DNA from: Arcobacter sp.
GTDB taxonomy: Bacteria > Campylobacterota > Campylobacteria > Campylobacterales > Arcobacteraceae
DNA length: 64,000 nucleotides
Assembly (NCBI GenBank): GCA_003252105.1
Contig: QKDL01000085.1
Coordinates: 1,106 to 65,105, forward strand
Direction of reading: 5' to 3'
The position numbers and the translations under genes are program-made. Of this stretch, positions 9,245-20,137 are shown in pieces. Each line of letters opens with the position of its first letter. Position 1 is the stretch's first letter. The notes under the pieces are model-generated. The model had not been told where the DNA came from, made no database searches, and was given only the letters and a program-made list of their open reading frames with translations.

Positions 9245-11200
9245 TTATTGTACAAAAATAGTTGGAACTATCATTGGATATTTTTTGTATTTTCTAATAC
9301 AATGTTTTCTTACAACTTTTCTAATCTCATCTTCTAGTATTTTATTGTTTTTAAATATCCCATCTTTTGCATTTTTCAAAAATGTATCTAATAAATCCTC
9401 AATCTCTTTTGCAAAAAATCTATCTTGTTTATCTGGTACTAATCCAAAAGACATTACTCTAGGTTTTTGTTCAATTTTTCTATCGTTTTCATTTACTTGA
9501 CCAACAATCATAACAACACCTTCATTTGCCATTGTTTGTCTATCCATAACAATATCATCTGAAATTTTATGATTTAATTGATTGTCAATATATACTTTAC
9601 CAGTTTTAACACTTCTAACTTTTTTAAGATATTTTGGTGTAACTTCGATTTGTTCTCCATCACTCATAATATAAGTGTTTCTTTCTAATACACCACAGTC
9701 AATACCTGTTTTTGCATGTTTTACTGCATGGTTATATTCACCATGAACAGGCATGAAGAATTTAGGTTTAACAAGTCTAATCATAAGTTTTTGTTCCTCT
9801 TGTGCAGCATGTCCAGAAACGTGAATTTCACTAAAATCTTGATACGCAACTTGTGCACCAGCTTTTAAAATATGATTAATGATTCCAGATACACTAGCCT
9901 CGTTTCCTGGAATTGCTTTTGCTGAAAGAATAATTTGATCACCTGGCTTAATTTTAATATGTCTATGTTCATGAATTGACATTCTATATAAAGCACTCAT
10001 AGATTCACCTTGACTTCCAGTTGTTACAATTAAAACTTCATTGTCATTGTATTTATTTACTTCATGTGCTTCAATAAACTTATCTCTAGGAAATTTAATA
10101 TATCCTAAGTTCATCGCTAACTCAAGGTTTTTCTCCATAGATCTTCCAATAACACAGATTTTTCTTCCATATTTTAATCCGTGTTCAATTGCTTGTGCAA
10201 CCCTATGAATATTTGAAGAGAATGTAGACATAATAACTCTTCCTTTTGAAGAAGCAAATAATCTATCAAATGTTGGACCAACTGTTTTTTCAGATTTTGT
10301 AAACCCTTGAGAATGAGAATTTGTAGAATCAGACATTAGAAGTAAAACACCCTCTTCCCCATAATATGCTAATCTATGTAAATCTGTAGGATATCCATCT
10401 ATTGGAGTATGGTCAATTTTGAAATCTCCAGTATGTATAATAGTTCCGGCATCTGTTTTAATTGCTAAAGCAGATGAATCAATAATAGAGTGTGTAATAT
10501 GAATCCATTCAATCTCAAACTCACCTATTTTTATTGGAATTCTTTTTTCAATTGGTCTAAATAACTTTCTATGCTCTCTCATTTTATGTTCATCAAATTT
10601 TGATCCAATCATCTCTAATGGTAATGATGTACCATAAATTGGAAATTGTAATTCTTTGAATAAATAAGGCATAGCTCCAATATGATCTTCATGTCCATGA
10701 GTAATTAAAACACCAGCAATTTTATCTTTTATCTCTCTGATATACGTAAAATCAGGAATTAAAATATCAACTCCATGCATATCTTCATCAGGGAAGCTCA
10801 TACCAACATCAACAATAACAGCACTGTTTTCAGTTTCTATTACCATCATATTTCCACCAATTTCACCTAATCCTCCTAATGGAGTTATTCTAACTTTTGT
10901 ATTTGAAGATAAATTTAGTTTATTGTGTGGGTTTAATCTATTTTTATGCGATCTTTCATTTATACTATGAGCTTTTTTTAAATCAGTAATCCAATTTGTA
11001 TTAGAATCAGATGCATTTTTTTTAGTTTGATTATTAGTTTTTGCTGTGTTTGGTTTAGCTCTTGTAGTTTTACGTCTTTTGTTATATGTTCTTTTCTCTG
11101 TAGAAACCTTTTGCTCAGTACCCTCTTCTTTTTGTATATTTACAACACTTTTTTCTTGATTTTCAACTTTATTTTCTTGATTAATCTCTTTGTTTTCCAT
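9245..11200 (-). CDS. rnj: Ribonuclease J with low-complexity N-terminal extension
   Basis: LGGLGEIGGNM, THGHEDHIG, HTGDFKID, HVSGHA, PVHGE. Confidence 0.93.
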   Translation of the reverse strand: MENKEINQENKVENQEKSVVNIQKEEGTEQKVSTEKRTYNKRRKTTRAKPNTAKTNNQTKKNASDSNTNWITDLKKAHSINERSHKNRLNPHNKLNLSSNTKVRITPLGGLGEIGGNMMVIETENSAVIVDVGMSFPDEDMHGVDILIPDFTYIREIKDKIAGVLITHGHEDHIGAMPYLFKELQFPIYGTSLPLEMIGSKFDEHKMREHRKLFRPIEKRIPIKIGEFEIEWIHITHSIIDSSALAIKTDAGTIIHTGDFKIDHTPIDGYPTDLHRLAYYGEEGVLLLMSDSTNSHSQGFTKSEKTVGPTFDRLFASSKGRVIMSTFSSNIHRVAQAIEHGLKYGRKICVIGRSMEKNLELAMNLGYIKFPRDKFIEAHEVNKYNDNEVLIVTTGSQGESMSALYRMSIHEHRHIKIKPGDQIILSAKAIPGNEASVSGIINHILKAGAQVAYQDFSEIHVSGHAAQEEQKLMIRLVKPKFFMPVHGEYNHAVKHAKTGIDCGVLERNTYIMSDGEQIEVTPKYLKKVRSVKTGKVYIDNQLNHKISDDIVMDRQTMANEGVVMIVGQVNENDRKIEQKPRVMSFGLVPDKQDRFFAKEIEDLLDTFLKNAKDGIFKNNKILEDEIRKVVRKHCIRKYKKYPMIVPTIFVQ

Positions 11201-11990
11201 TTACTACCTTTGTATACATTTGGCTATACAAAGATGCGCTAACTTCATGAGGTCGTAAAGTCTCTTTTAGATTAAGTTCACTGTAGATATTAGATAAAAG
11301 TTCTTTATCAATAGTTGACGTTAGGTTTTTAAAAAGTTTTTTACGTGGTTGTATAAAACATGCTTTTAAAAACTTTAAAAAATTTTTATCTAACTCTACA
11401 TCCATATTTTTTGAAACATAAAGAATTGAAGAGATAACTTTCGGAGGAGGATCAAAAGATTCTGGTGGAACATCAAATAGTATCCTAGATTCTTTCGAAA
11501 TTAGCTCAGTAATAATTGATAAAGAAGAATATTCTTTATCATTTACTTTTGCAGTAAATTTTTGAGCCACCTCTTTTTGTATCATAACAATTATATTTTC
11601 ACAATTCTTATCTTCAAATGCTCTTAATATAATATTTGTTGCAATATAATAAGGTAAGTTTGCTATTAAGTCATATTTTTGACTATGCAAACTACCCTTA
11701 TTATCCCAAGCTTCTAAAACGTCAGTGTGGATCAGTTCAAATCGCTTGTTATGAATTTCTATTGCAAATTTTGACTTTAATATACTGATTAAATCAGTAT
11801 CGACTTCATAAGCAGTCGTATCTTTGTACTTGACTAATTTTTGAGTCAAATCACCTAAGCCAGGCCCAATTTCTACAATATGATTATTGTTATGGGGCAT
11901 CGATTGGATGATCTTATCTAGTACTGAGGCATCTTTTAAAAAGTTTTGGCCAAATTTCTTTTTTGCTTTAATAATATTATTATTTTTCAT
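11181..11990 (-). CDS. rsmA: 16S rRNA dimethyltransferase RsmA/KsgA
   Basis: KKFGQNFL, EIGPGLG, ANLPYYI, FDPPPKV. Confidence 0.95.
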   Translation of the reverse strand: MKNNNIIKAKKKFGQNFLKDASVLDKIIQSMPHNNNHIVEIGPGLGDLTQKLVKYKDTTAYEVDTDLISILKSKFAIEIHNKRFELIHTDVLEAWDNKGSLHSQKYDLIANLPYYIATNIILRAFEDKNCENIIVMIQKEVAQKFTAKVNDKEYSSLSIITELISKESRILFDVPPESFDPPPKVISSILYVSKNMDVELDKNFLKFLKACFIQPRKKLFKNLTSTIDKELLSNIYSELNLKETLRPHEVSASLYSQMYTKVVNGKQRD

Positions 11991-12062
11991 TAGAATGAAG
12001 AGTATATCTGCTTTTAACTTACAATTAGATAATATATTTACTATAAAATTGAAGGATTTAAT

Positions 12063-12824
12063 TTGAGTTATTTCGCAAAAAGAATTATTCCATGCCTTGA
12101 TGTTAAAGATGGAAGAGTTGTAAAAGGTGTAAATTTCGTTGGTCTAAGAGATGCTGGAGACCCTGTTGAAGTTGCAAAAAGATACAACAACGAAGGGGCT
12201 GATGAGATTACATTTTTAGATATTACTGCAAGTCATGAAAATAGAGATACTATAGTTGATATTGTAAAAGATGTGGCAAAAGAGGTTTTTATACCTTTAA
12301 CAGTTGGTGGTGGAATTAGAAAATTAGATGATATATATAAACTATTAAATGTTGGTTGTGATAAAGTTTCTGTAAATTCATCTGCTGTTGTAAATCCAGA
12401 TTTTATTGATGAGGGTGCAAAAAGATTTGGAAGCCAATGTATTGTTGTAGCAATTGATGTAAAAAAAGTTGCCGATGGTTCTTACCATGTTTTTGTAAAA
12501 GGTGGTAGAGAAGATACAGGACTTGATGCATTAAAATGGGCAAAAGAAGTCTATAATAGAGGGGCTGGAGAGATTCTTCTTACTTCTATGGATACAGATG
12601 GTGCTAAAAATGGATTTGAACTTAATATTACTGAAAAAATATCTAATCTAGTTGATATTCCAGTTATTGCTAGTGGTGGAGCTGGAACAATGGAACATAT
12701 AAAAGAAGCTTTTGAACATGGTGCAAGTGCTGCACTTGCTGCATCAATATTCCATTTTAAAGAGATTGATATAATGGAATTAAAACACTATTTAAGAGAG
12801 AATAATATCCCTGTAAGGATTTAA
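12063..12824 (+). CDS. hisF: Imidazole glycerol phosphate synthase subunit HisF
   Basis: [35 protein letters not shown]; TTG start. Confidence 0.96.
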   Translation: MSYFAKRIIPCLDVKDGRVVKGVNFVGLRDAGDPVEVAKRYNNEGADEITFLDITASHENRDTIVDIVKDVAKEVFIPLTVGGGIRKLDDIYKLLNVGCDKVSVNSSAVVNPDFIDEGAKRFGSQCIVVAIDVKKVADGSYHVFVKGGREDTGLDALKWAKEVYNRGAGEILLTSMDTDGAKNGFELNITEKISNLVDIPVIASGGAGTMEHIKEAFEHGASAALAASIFHFKEIDIMELKHYLRENNIPVRI

Positions 12825-12825
12825 T

Positions 12826-13479
12826 ATGAGATTTATTAGTCTATTATCTTTTTTACCAATTTTTTTGTTCTCATTTGAGATTGAATTTAATAAAAAGTTT
12901 TATCATACCTTACCACATGAGATTTTAAAAACACATCTTGTAATTAGAATAGATGATGATAGTGAAAAAGAAGTTGATAATAGACTAAACAAATTTAATG
13001 AATTAATTAAAGAGTATGATAAAGTTGATAAAAAACTTGCTTCATTTAATATTCGTCCAAATTTTAGGCATTCAGGGAATACACCTACTATTAGAGGCTA
13101 TATTGGAGAACTTATTTATACAATAGAATCAAATAAAGCTCACTTTATGGATGAGTTTATCACACAGATTACCGATTTAAAAAAATTTAGAGATACAAGT
13201 GTATCAATTACAAATTTATCATGGACTATTAAAGAGACTACATATAATGTTACATTAGATTTATTAAGATTTGAGGCAATTAATTGGGCTCAAACTTATG
13301 CTATAAATCTATCGAATGATGTAAAAATGAGTTGTTCATTAAAAAAAATATCAATTAATAAAACGCCAGTTCCTATATACAATAAAGCTACTTATAGTCC
13401 TACAGAATCTTTAACTGTCCCTCAAGCAAATCAAGAGATAATTGAAATTAATCCTAAGTTTATTTTGGAGTGTAAATAG
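12826..13479 (+). CDS. Exported SIMPL (DUF541)-like protein
   Basis: signal peptide; FNIRPNF, LSWTI, EAINWAQTYA pattern. Confidence 0.55.
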   Translation: MRFISLLSFLPIFLFSFEIEFNKKFYHTLPHEILKTHLVIRIDDDSEKEVDNRLNKFNELIKEYDKVDKKLASFNIRPNFRHSGNTPTIRGYIGELIYTIESNKAHFMDEFITQITDLKKFRDTSVSITNLSWTIKETTYNVTLDLLRFEAINWAQTYAINLSNDVKMSCSLKKISINKTPVPIYNKATYSPTESLTVPQANQEIIEINPKFILECK

Positions 13480-14016
13480 ATGATAATATGTGCAGGAAGA
13501 GAAGAAACTTTCCCCTTTGCTGAACCTATGGGAGTTGGACTTATAGAAAGTGCAATCAATCTTACTAAAAGATGTTTATTTGATAAACCAGATTTTATTT
13601 TGTTTATTGGAACTGCCGGAAGTTATGGAAAATATAATATATTTGATATAGTAGAATCAAAAAGAGCATCAAATTTAGAACTATCATTTTTATCACAAGA
13701 TTCATATACACCCTTAGATAATGTTTTAGAATCTGAAAATAAAATGGTAAGAAATGATACGATAGTAAATAGTTCAAACTATATATCTACAAATATTAAA
13801 ACTTGTGAAAAATATAATAGCTATGGGATTGGTATAGAAAATATGGAATACTTTTCTATATTAAGTGTAGCTAAAGAGTTTGAAATACCAGTTGCAGGAA
13901 TATTTATAGTTACAAACTTTACAAATGAAAATGCACATAAAGACTTTATAAAAAATCATAAAGAAGCTATGTCTAAATTAACTCAATATCTACTAGATAA
14001 AAAAATTATAAGATAG
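13480..14016 (+). CDS. Purine nucleoside phosphorylase-like protein
   Basis: GVGLIESA, FIGTAGSY, ENMEYFS, VTNF. Confidence 0.7.
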   Translation: MIICAGREETFPFAEPMGVGLIESAINLTKRCLFDKPDFILFIGTAGSYGKYNIFDIVESKRASNLELSFLSQDSYTPLDNVLESENKMVRNDTIVNSSNYISTNIKTCEKYNSYGIGIENMEYFSILSVAKEFEIPVAGIFIVTNFTNENAHKDFIKNHKEAMSKLTQYLLDKKIIR

Positions 14017-14029
14017 TATTTAATTATTA

Positions 14030-14045
14030 CGTTTCACGTGAAACA
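14030..14045. other. parS-type palindrome CGTTTCACGTGAAACA (intergenic)
   Basis: 15/16 match to the parS consensus. Confidence 0.75.
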
Positions 14046-14065
14046 TTATTAAAAAAAGGAATAAA

Positions 14066-15133
14066 TTGAATTCAATTTACGATTATTCATTAGATGAATT
14101 AAAAGGTTTATTAAAACCCTCGTTTAGAGCGAAACAAGTTTATAATTGGTTATATAAAAAATATGTATCTAATTATGATGAGATGAAAAACTTACCAAAA
14201 GAATTAATAGATGATTTAAAAAGCAATTACGAAATTAACATCTTAGAGATAGTAAAAAAAGAGAAAAGTAGTGATGGAAGTATTAAATATCTATTTAGGT
14301 TAAATGACAACCATACAATAGAAGCGGTATTACTACTTATGAAAAAGAAAATAGTAAATGAAGATGGGTCTATTGAAAAAGGTGAAAAATACACAGTATG
14401 TATCTCTACACAAGTCGGATGTAAAGTTGGATGTTCTTTTTGTTTAACAGCAAAAGGTGGATTTGTAAGAAACCTAACTGTAGGAGAGATAATAAATCAA
14501 ATCGTACAAATAAAAAGAGATAATGATATTGCAGAAAATAAATCTTTAAATATAGTTTTTATGGGTATGGGTGAACCACTTGACAATTATGACAATTTTG
14601 TAAAATCTGTAAAAATATTTTCTGAACTTGATGGCTTAGCAATAAGCAGAAGAAGACAAACAGTTTCAACATCTGGAATATCAACAAAAATTGAAAAATT
14701 AGGAAATGAAGATTTAGGTATCCAACTTGCCATATCTTTACATGCAGTTGATGATGACTTAAGAACAGAATTGATTCCAATGAATAAAGCTTATAATATT
14801 AAATCAATAATTGATGCAGTTAAAAAATTTCCTGTAGATACAAGAAAAAAAGTTATGTTTGAATATTTAGTAATAAAAGATAAAAATGATGATATTGCAA
14901 GTGCAAAAAAACTATTGCAATTGTTAGATGGAATTAAAGCAAAAGTAAATCTAATTTACTTTAATCCATATCCAGGAACTTCATATCAAAGACCACAAAG
15001 GGATGATATGATAAAATTCCAAGAATATTTAATAAGTAAAGGTTTACTTTGCACAATTAGAGAATCAAAAGGACTAGATATCTCAGCTGCATGTGGACAA
15101 CTAAAAGAGAAGGAATCTAATGGAAGCTCTTGA
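14066..15133 (+). CDS. rlmN: 23S rRNA m2A2503 radical SAM methyltransferase RlmN
   Basis: CISTQVGCKVGCSFC, MGMGEPL, AACGQL. Confidence 0.95.
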   Translation: MNSIYDYSLDELKGLLKPSFRAKQVYNWLYKKYVSNYDEMKNLPKELIDDLKSNYEINILEIVKKEKSSDGSIKYLFRLNDNHTIEAVLLLMKKKIVNEDGSIEKGEKYTVCISTQVGCKVGCSFCLTAKGGFVRNLTVGEIINQIVQIKRDNDIAENKSLNIVFMGMGEPLDNYDNFVKSVKIFSELDGLAISRRRQTVSTSGISTKIEKLGNEDLGIQLAISLHAVDDDLRTELIPMNKAYNIKSIIDAVKKFPVDTRKKVMFEYLVIKDKNDDIASAKKLLQLLDGIKAKVNLIYFNPYPGTSYQRPQRDDMIKFQEYLISKGLLCTIRESKGLDISAACGQLKEKESNGSS

Positions 15134-15221
15134 TTTAGCAATGATTATTTTCATTGCAGCAGTTGCGATTTTTTCAGCAATTGGATTTTTTAAAAGTTAT
15201 AAAGATAAAGAAGATAAATAA
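15120..15221 (+). CDS. Unannotated 33-aa single-TM peptide MEALDLAMIIFIAAVAIFSAIGFFKSYKDKEDK
   Basis: AAGGA RBS upstream, overlaps rlmN stop, fills the rlmN-gltX gap. Confidence 0.6.
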   Translation: MEALDLAMIIFIAAVAIFSAIGFFKSYKDKEDK

Positions 15222-15229
15222 GGACAATT

Positions 15230-16642
15230 ATGGCAGTAACAAGATTTGCACCAAGCCCAACTGGATATTTACATATAGGTGGTTTAAGAACAGCACTTTA
15301 TAGTTATTTATGGGCTAGAAAAACTAATGGTGAATTTAGACTAAGAATTGAAGATACAGATACTCAAAGAAATAATGAAGAAGCAATGAAAGCAATTATT
15401 GAAGCTTTTGATTGGGTTGGATTAAATTATGATGGTGAAGTTGAATATCAATCAAAAAGATTAGATATTTATAAAAAATATATACAACAACTTCTTGATG
15501 AAGGAAAAGCTTATTACTGTTATATGTCAAAAGAGGAACTAGACGAGCTAAGAGAAAAACAAATGGCTGCAAAAGAGACTCCAAAATATGATGGTACATG
15601 GAGACCAGAAGATGGAAAAGAGTTACCCCCTATTCCATCAGGTATAGAACCAGTTGTAAGAATCAAAGCTCCAAAAGATGGAAAAATCACTTTTATTGAT
15701 GGTATAAAATCTATTATGAATTTTGATTGTAGTGAAGTTGATGATTTTATTATTGCTAGAAGTAATGGAATGCCAACATATAATTTTGTTGTAGCTATTG
15801 ATGATGCCCTAATGGGAATTAGTGATGTTATAAGAGGTGATGATCACTTAACGAATACACCTAAACAAATAGTAATATATGAAGCACTAGGTTTTGATAT
15901 TCCTAAATTTTATCATGTTCCTATGATAAACAATCCTCAAGGTAAAAAACTATCAAAAAGAGATGGTGCTATGGATGTTATGGATTATAAAAGAGAAGGT
16001 TTTCTTGCAGAAGCATTATTAAACTTTTTGGTAAGACTTGGTTGGTCAAATAAAGACCAAGAGATATTCTCAATGGATGAAATGTTAGAACTATTTAATC
16101 CTGAAAATATAAATAAATCTGCATCTTCATATAATCAAGAAAAACTATTATGGTTAAATGCTCACTATATTAAAAATGTGTCAAATGATAGACTTGCAAA
16201 AGAGTTAGAGTTCTTTGATTGTAACTTAGAGGGTCATGATAAAAAAGAGATTATTTTAGACTTATGTAAAGAAAGAGCTCAAACCTTAGTTGAGTTAAAA
16301 GAAGCTATAACAAATATTTTAAATGTACCTACAGATTATGATAACAAAGGTGTAAAAAAGTTTATAAAAGAAGATACAGTTAAAATTTTAAAATTTTATC
16401 TGAACACACTTGAAGAGGTAAAAGATACTCTTAGACTTAGCTGTGATTATGAGATTGTTACTAAGCCTTTTATAGAAGAATTTGAGTTAAAATTCCCTCA
16501 ACTATTTCAACCAATTAGAATAGCCCTAACAGGTGGAACACAAGCACCTTCAGTTTATGACATTATGGCAATACTGGGGTTTGAAGAAGTAAAAGAGAGA
16601 ATTAATAGCGCTATTGATAAAAATTTTAATAAAGATAGCTAA
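15230..16642 (+). CDS. gltX: Glutamate--tRNA ligase
   Basis: RFAPSPTGYLHIGG, KLSKR. Confidence 0.96.
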   Translation: MAVTRFAPSPTGYLHIGGLRTALYSYLWARKTNGEFRLRIEDTDTQRNNEEAMKAIIEAFDWVGLNYDGEVEYQSKRLDIYKKYIQQLLDEGKAYYCYMSKEELDELREKQMAAKETPKYDGTWRPEDGKELPPIPSGIEPVVRIKAPKDGKITFIDGIKSIMNFDCSEVDDFIIARSNGMPTYNFVVAIDDALMGISDVIRGDDHLTNTPKQIVIYEALGFDIPKFYHVPMINNPQGKKLSKRDGAMDVMDYKREGFLAEALLNFLVRLGWSNKDQEIFSMDEMLELFNPENINKSASSYNQEKLLWLNAHYIKNVSNDRLAKELEFFDCNLEGHDKKEIILDLCKERAQTLVELKEAITNILNVPTDYDNKGVKKFIKEDTVKILKFYLNTLEEVKDTLRLSCDYEIVTKPFIEEFELKFPQLFQPIRIALTGGTQAPSVYDIMAILGFEEVKERINSAIDKNFNKDS

Positions 16643-16706
16643 ATAAACTTGCTAAAAAATAAATAATCTGGCATAATGTTCATACTTATTTGAAAGGAAA
16701 GTTGAA

Positions 16707-16976
16707 ATGAACATTTATGTTGGGAATCTATCATACAGAATGGGTGATAGTGAATTAGAAGCAATTTTTGCTGAATTTGGTGAAGTAAAAAGTGCTAAAG
16801 TGATAATGGATAGAGATACAGGAAGATCAAAAGGTTTTGGTTTCGTTGAAATGATGACATCACTAGGTGGGGAAAAAGCTATTGAAGCCCTAAATGGTAA
16901 TGAGTGTCAAGGAAGAACTCTAAGAGTAAATGAAGCAAAGCCTAGAGAAGCAAAACCTAGAAGAGCATCATATTAA
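16707..16976 (+). CDS. RRM (RNP-1) RNA-binding protein
   Basis: IYVGNLSY, SKGFGFVEM, LRVNEA. Confidence 0.92.
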   Translation: MNIYVGNLSYRMGDSELEAIFAEFGEVKSAKVIMDRDTGRSKGFGFVEMMTSLGGEKAIEALNGNECQGRTLRVNEAKPREAKPRRASY

Positions 16977-16990
16977 TCAAACTACTATAT

Positions 16991-17013
16991 AAAAAAGGCT
17001 TAAAGCCTTTTTT
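16991..17013. terminator. Bidirectional intrinsic terminator
   Basis: AAAAAAGGCT-TAA-AGCCTTTTTT between convergent genes. Confidence 0.75.
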
Positions 17014-20000
17014 AGTGAGAAATCTCACAATTATCAATCTTACCTTTTTTTGATAATACTAATATATAAAATACTGCAGGAATAATTATCAATGTTAAAA
17101 ATGCTGAACTAATCATTCCACCTATCATTGGAGCTGCAATTCTTTGCATAACTTCACTACCTACTCCATCTATATACATAATTGGAATAAGCCCACCTAA
17201 AATCGCAAATAATGTCATAAGTTTTGGTCTTAGTCTCAAAACTGCACCTTTGTAAATTGCATGAGCTATATGATTTTTATCTGGTTGGATACATTTATTT
17301 TTTAACTCAACCATAGCTTCATGTAGATAAACTAACATAACTATTGATGTTTCTGCCGCAACACCTAATAATGCCAAGAACCCAACTATTACAGCAATAG
17401 AGATATTAAAGTTTAGATACTCTAAATAAAACAATCCACCAGTTAAGGCAAATGGCAATGTAAAAAATATGATAATAGTATATGTTAAACTTCTAAGAGC
17501 AAAATATATTAGAATAAATATAATTACAAAAGTTAAAGGGATAATATATGCTAATCTTTTCATAGCTGATTCAAGATATTCACTCTGCCCTGCCCACTCA
17601 TAATAAAAACCTGTAGGAAGTTGTAAATCAACTAAAAGTTTTTGTGCTTCATCTTTATACTCTTTTGCAGAATATTGACTTTTGGGTGTAATATAAATAA
17701 AGTTTACATTTAAAGCCTTTTCAGATTTTATTACAGAAGGACCCTCTTCATATTCTAAATTTGCAAACATACTTAATGGTTGAAATCCAAGTTTGGTTTT
17801 TACTTGTAAGTTATTTAAAACTGTAATATCTTCTCTTTGAGTTGTTTCATATCTAAGTGAAATAGGATATCTTTCAAGACCTGTTAAAAATGTAGATATT
17901 TTAGCACCTGAAACACCTAAAGAGACTGTTGATAAAACATCATTTTTTGTTATTCCGTATCTTGATATCATCTCTTCATCTAAATTGATATTTAAATAAT
18001 ACCCCGAGTTGATTTTATCTGTTGATACAGATAAGGTTTTATCAAATTTTCTTAATTTTTTCTCTATTTTTCCTGCAACTTCTTCTAGTTTTTGGTGATC
18101 ATTTCCATACAGTTTTATTCCAAGAGGAGTTCTAATACCAGTTAGAAGCATATCAATTCTTCCTCTAATTGGATAAGTCCAAGAGTTAATAAGACCTGCA
18201 ACTTTTAGTTTATGATCCATCTCTTCCATTAATTTTTTATATGTCATACCTTCACGCCATTGATCTTCTGGTTTAAAAGTAACAATAGTTTCTATCATAG
18301 CAAGTGGTGCTGGATCGGTTGCAGTATCTGCTCGCCCTGCTTTACCAAATACTGTATCAACTTCTGGAAAAGATTTTAAGATTTTATCTGTTTTTTGAGT
18401 TAACTCTTTTGATAAATCAATACCTATACCATAAGGAGTAACAGGCATATACATAAAAGTTTGTTCATTCATCATAGGCATAAATTCCCAATTTAGTTTT
18501 TTATACGTAGGATATGCTAAAACTAATGTAACTAAAAATATAGCCACAATAAAATATCTAATCTTTAAAGAAAATTTTAATAACGGAGAATAAAGTTTTA
18601 CAAAAAATTTATTTAAAATATTTTTCTCTTCACTTAATATTTTACCTCTTATAAAAAATATCATCAAGATAGGAACAACAGTGATAGAAAGTATTGCCCC
18701 AGCAATCATCGCAAACGATTTTGTAAAAGCAAGTGGCGAAAACAATCTTCCCTCTTGTCCAGTTAAAGCAAAAATTGGTAAAAAAGATACTACAACTAAG
18801 ATAAGAGCAAAAAATATTGGTCGCCCTACTTGTTTTGCAGATTTTATTATGATTTCAATTCTCTCTTTATTTGATATATTCTCTTTACCTTGTAAGTATT
18901 TATGAGCATTTTCAACCATTACAATTGTTGCATCTACCATTGCACCAATTGCAATAGCAATACCACCTAAACTCATAATATTTGAACCCAAACCAAATAG
19001 TTTCATCAATAAAAAAGTTAATAAAACAGTTATTGGAAGAGTTATTATTATAATCAAGGCACTTCTAAAATGAAACAAAAATAAAGAAGTAACTATCATA
19101 ACAATAATTGATTCTTCAATTAGTGTATGTTTTAATGTATATATAGCTTTATCAATCAATGAACTTCTATCATATGTTTCAACAACTTCCACATCATCAA
19201 CTTTTAGTGTTTTAATTTTCTCTTTTACTGCTTTTATAACAGCATAAGGGTTCTCACCATATCTAACTACTACTATTCCACCTACTGTTTCACCTTGACC
19301 ATTTAAATCAGCCATTCCTCTTCTATTTGAAGAAGTTATATTTACCTCAGCAATATCTTTAATCTTTAAAGGTATGTTTCCATTGGTTTTGATTGTAATA
19401 TTTTCAATATCATTTATATTTTTTAAATATGCTCTTGCTTGAATCATGTGTTCAAAACCATTTTCTAAAATAATTCTACCACCTTTTTCATCATTGTTTT
19501 TTGTCAATGCATTTTTAATTTGGTTTATACTAATATCGTATTGAACCATTTTGTCTTGGTTGATTGTAATCTCATAGTTTTTGATAAATCCACCAATTGA
19601 TGCAATCTCACTAACTCCATCTACTCCTAATAGAGCGTATTTATAATAGTAATCTTGTAAAGTTCTTAACTCATCTAAAGATTTTGTATCTGATTTTAAA
19701 GCATATTCGTAAGCCCACCCTACTCCTGTCGCATCTGGACCAATTGCCACATCTACCCCAGCAGGAAATGTTCCTTGAAGTTGTGATAACTGCTCCAAAA
19801 TTCTATTTCTTGAGTCATAAAGGTCTGTACCATCTTTAAATATCACATAAATCAAAGCATTTTGGAAAGAGCTCATAGCTCTTACTGTATCTATATTTGG
19901 TAAACTCATTAGATTTGAGATTAGAGGATATGATACTTGTTCTTCTATAGTTTTTGGACTTTGTCCTGGCCATTTAACCTGTACAATAACCTGAGGAGGT

Positions 20001-20128
20001 GATAAGTCAGGTAAAGCATCCAAACTTGTATTTTTAACTGCCCAAAAAGAAGCTATAGTAAGAATGATTATAGAAAAAAGTATTAAAAACTTATTTCTGA
20101 TACTATATGAGATTACACTTTCTACCAT
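17012..20128 (-). CDS. cusA: CusA/CzcA-family heavy-metal RND permease
   Basis: LDALPDLS, GAMVDATIVMVEN, RLRPKLMT, Met-rich EFMPMMNEQTFMYMP. Confidence 0.9.
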   Translation of the reverse strand: MVESVISYSIRNKFLILFSIIILTIASFWAVKNTSLDALPDLSPPQVIVQVKWPGQSPKTIEEQVSYPLISNLMSLPNIDTVRAMSSFQNALIYVIFKDGTDLYDSRNRILEQLSQLQGTFPAGVDVAIGPDATGVGWAYEYALKSDTKSLDELRTLQDYYYKYALLGVDGVSEIASIGGFIKNYEITINQDKMVQYDISINQIKNALTKNNDEKGGRIILENGFEHMIQARAYLKNINDIENITIKTNGNIPLKIKDIAEVNITSSNRRGMADLNGQGETVGGIVVVRYGENPYAVIKAVKEKIKTLKVDDVEVVETYDRSSLIDKAIYTLKHTLIEESIIVMIVTSLFLFHFRSALIIIITLPITVLLTFLLMKLFGLGSNIMSLGGIAIAIGAMVDATIVMVENAHKYLQGKENISNKERIEIIIKSAKQVGRPIFFALILVVVSFLPIFALTGQEGRLFSPLAFTKSFAMIAGAILSITVVPILMIFFIRGKILSEEKNILNKFFVKLYSPLLKFSLKIRYFIVAIFLVTLVLAYPTYKKLNWEFMPMMNEQTFMYMPVTPYGIGIDLSKELTQKTDKILKSFPEVDTVFGKAGRADTATDPAPLAMIETIVTFKPEDQWREGMTYKKLMEEMDHKLKVAGLINSWTYPIRGRIDMLLTGIRTPLGIKLYGNDHQKLEEVAGKIEKKLRKFDKTLSVSTDKINSGYYLNINLDEEMISRYGITKNDVLSTVSLGVSGAKISTFLTGLERYPISLRYETTQREDITVLNNLQVKTKLGFQPLSMFANLEYEEGPSVIKSEKALNVNFIYITPKSQYSAKEYKDEAQKLLVDLQLPTGFYYEWAGQSEYLESAMKRLAYIIPLTFVIIFILIYFALRSLTYTIIIFFTLPFALTGGLFYLEYLNFNISIAVIVGFLALLGVAAETSIVMLVYLHEAMVELKNKCIQPDKNHIAHAIYKGAVLRLRPKLMTLFAILGGLIPIMYIDGVGSEVMQRIAAPMIGGMISSAFLTLIIIPAVFYILVLSKKGKIDNCEISH

Positions 20129-20137
20129 AATTTATCC

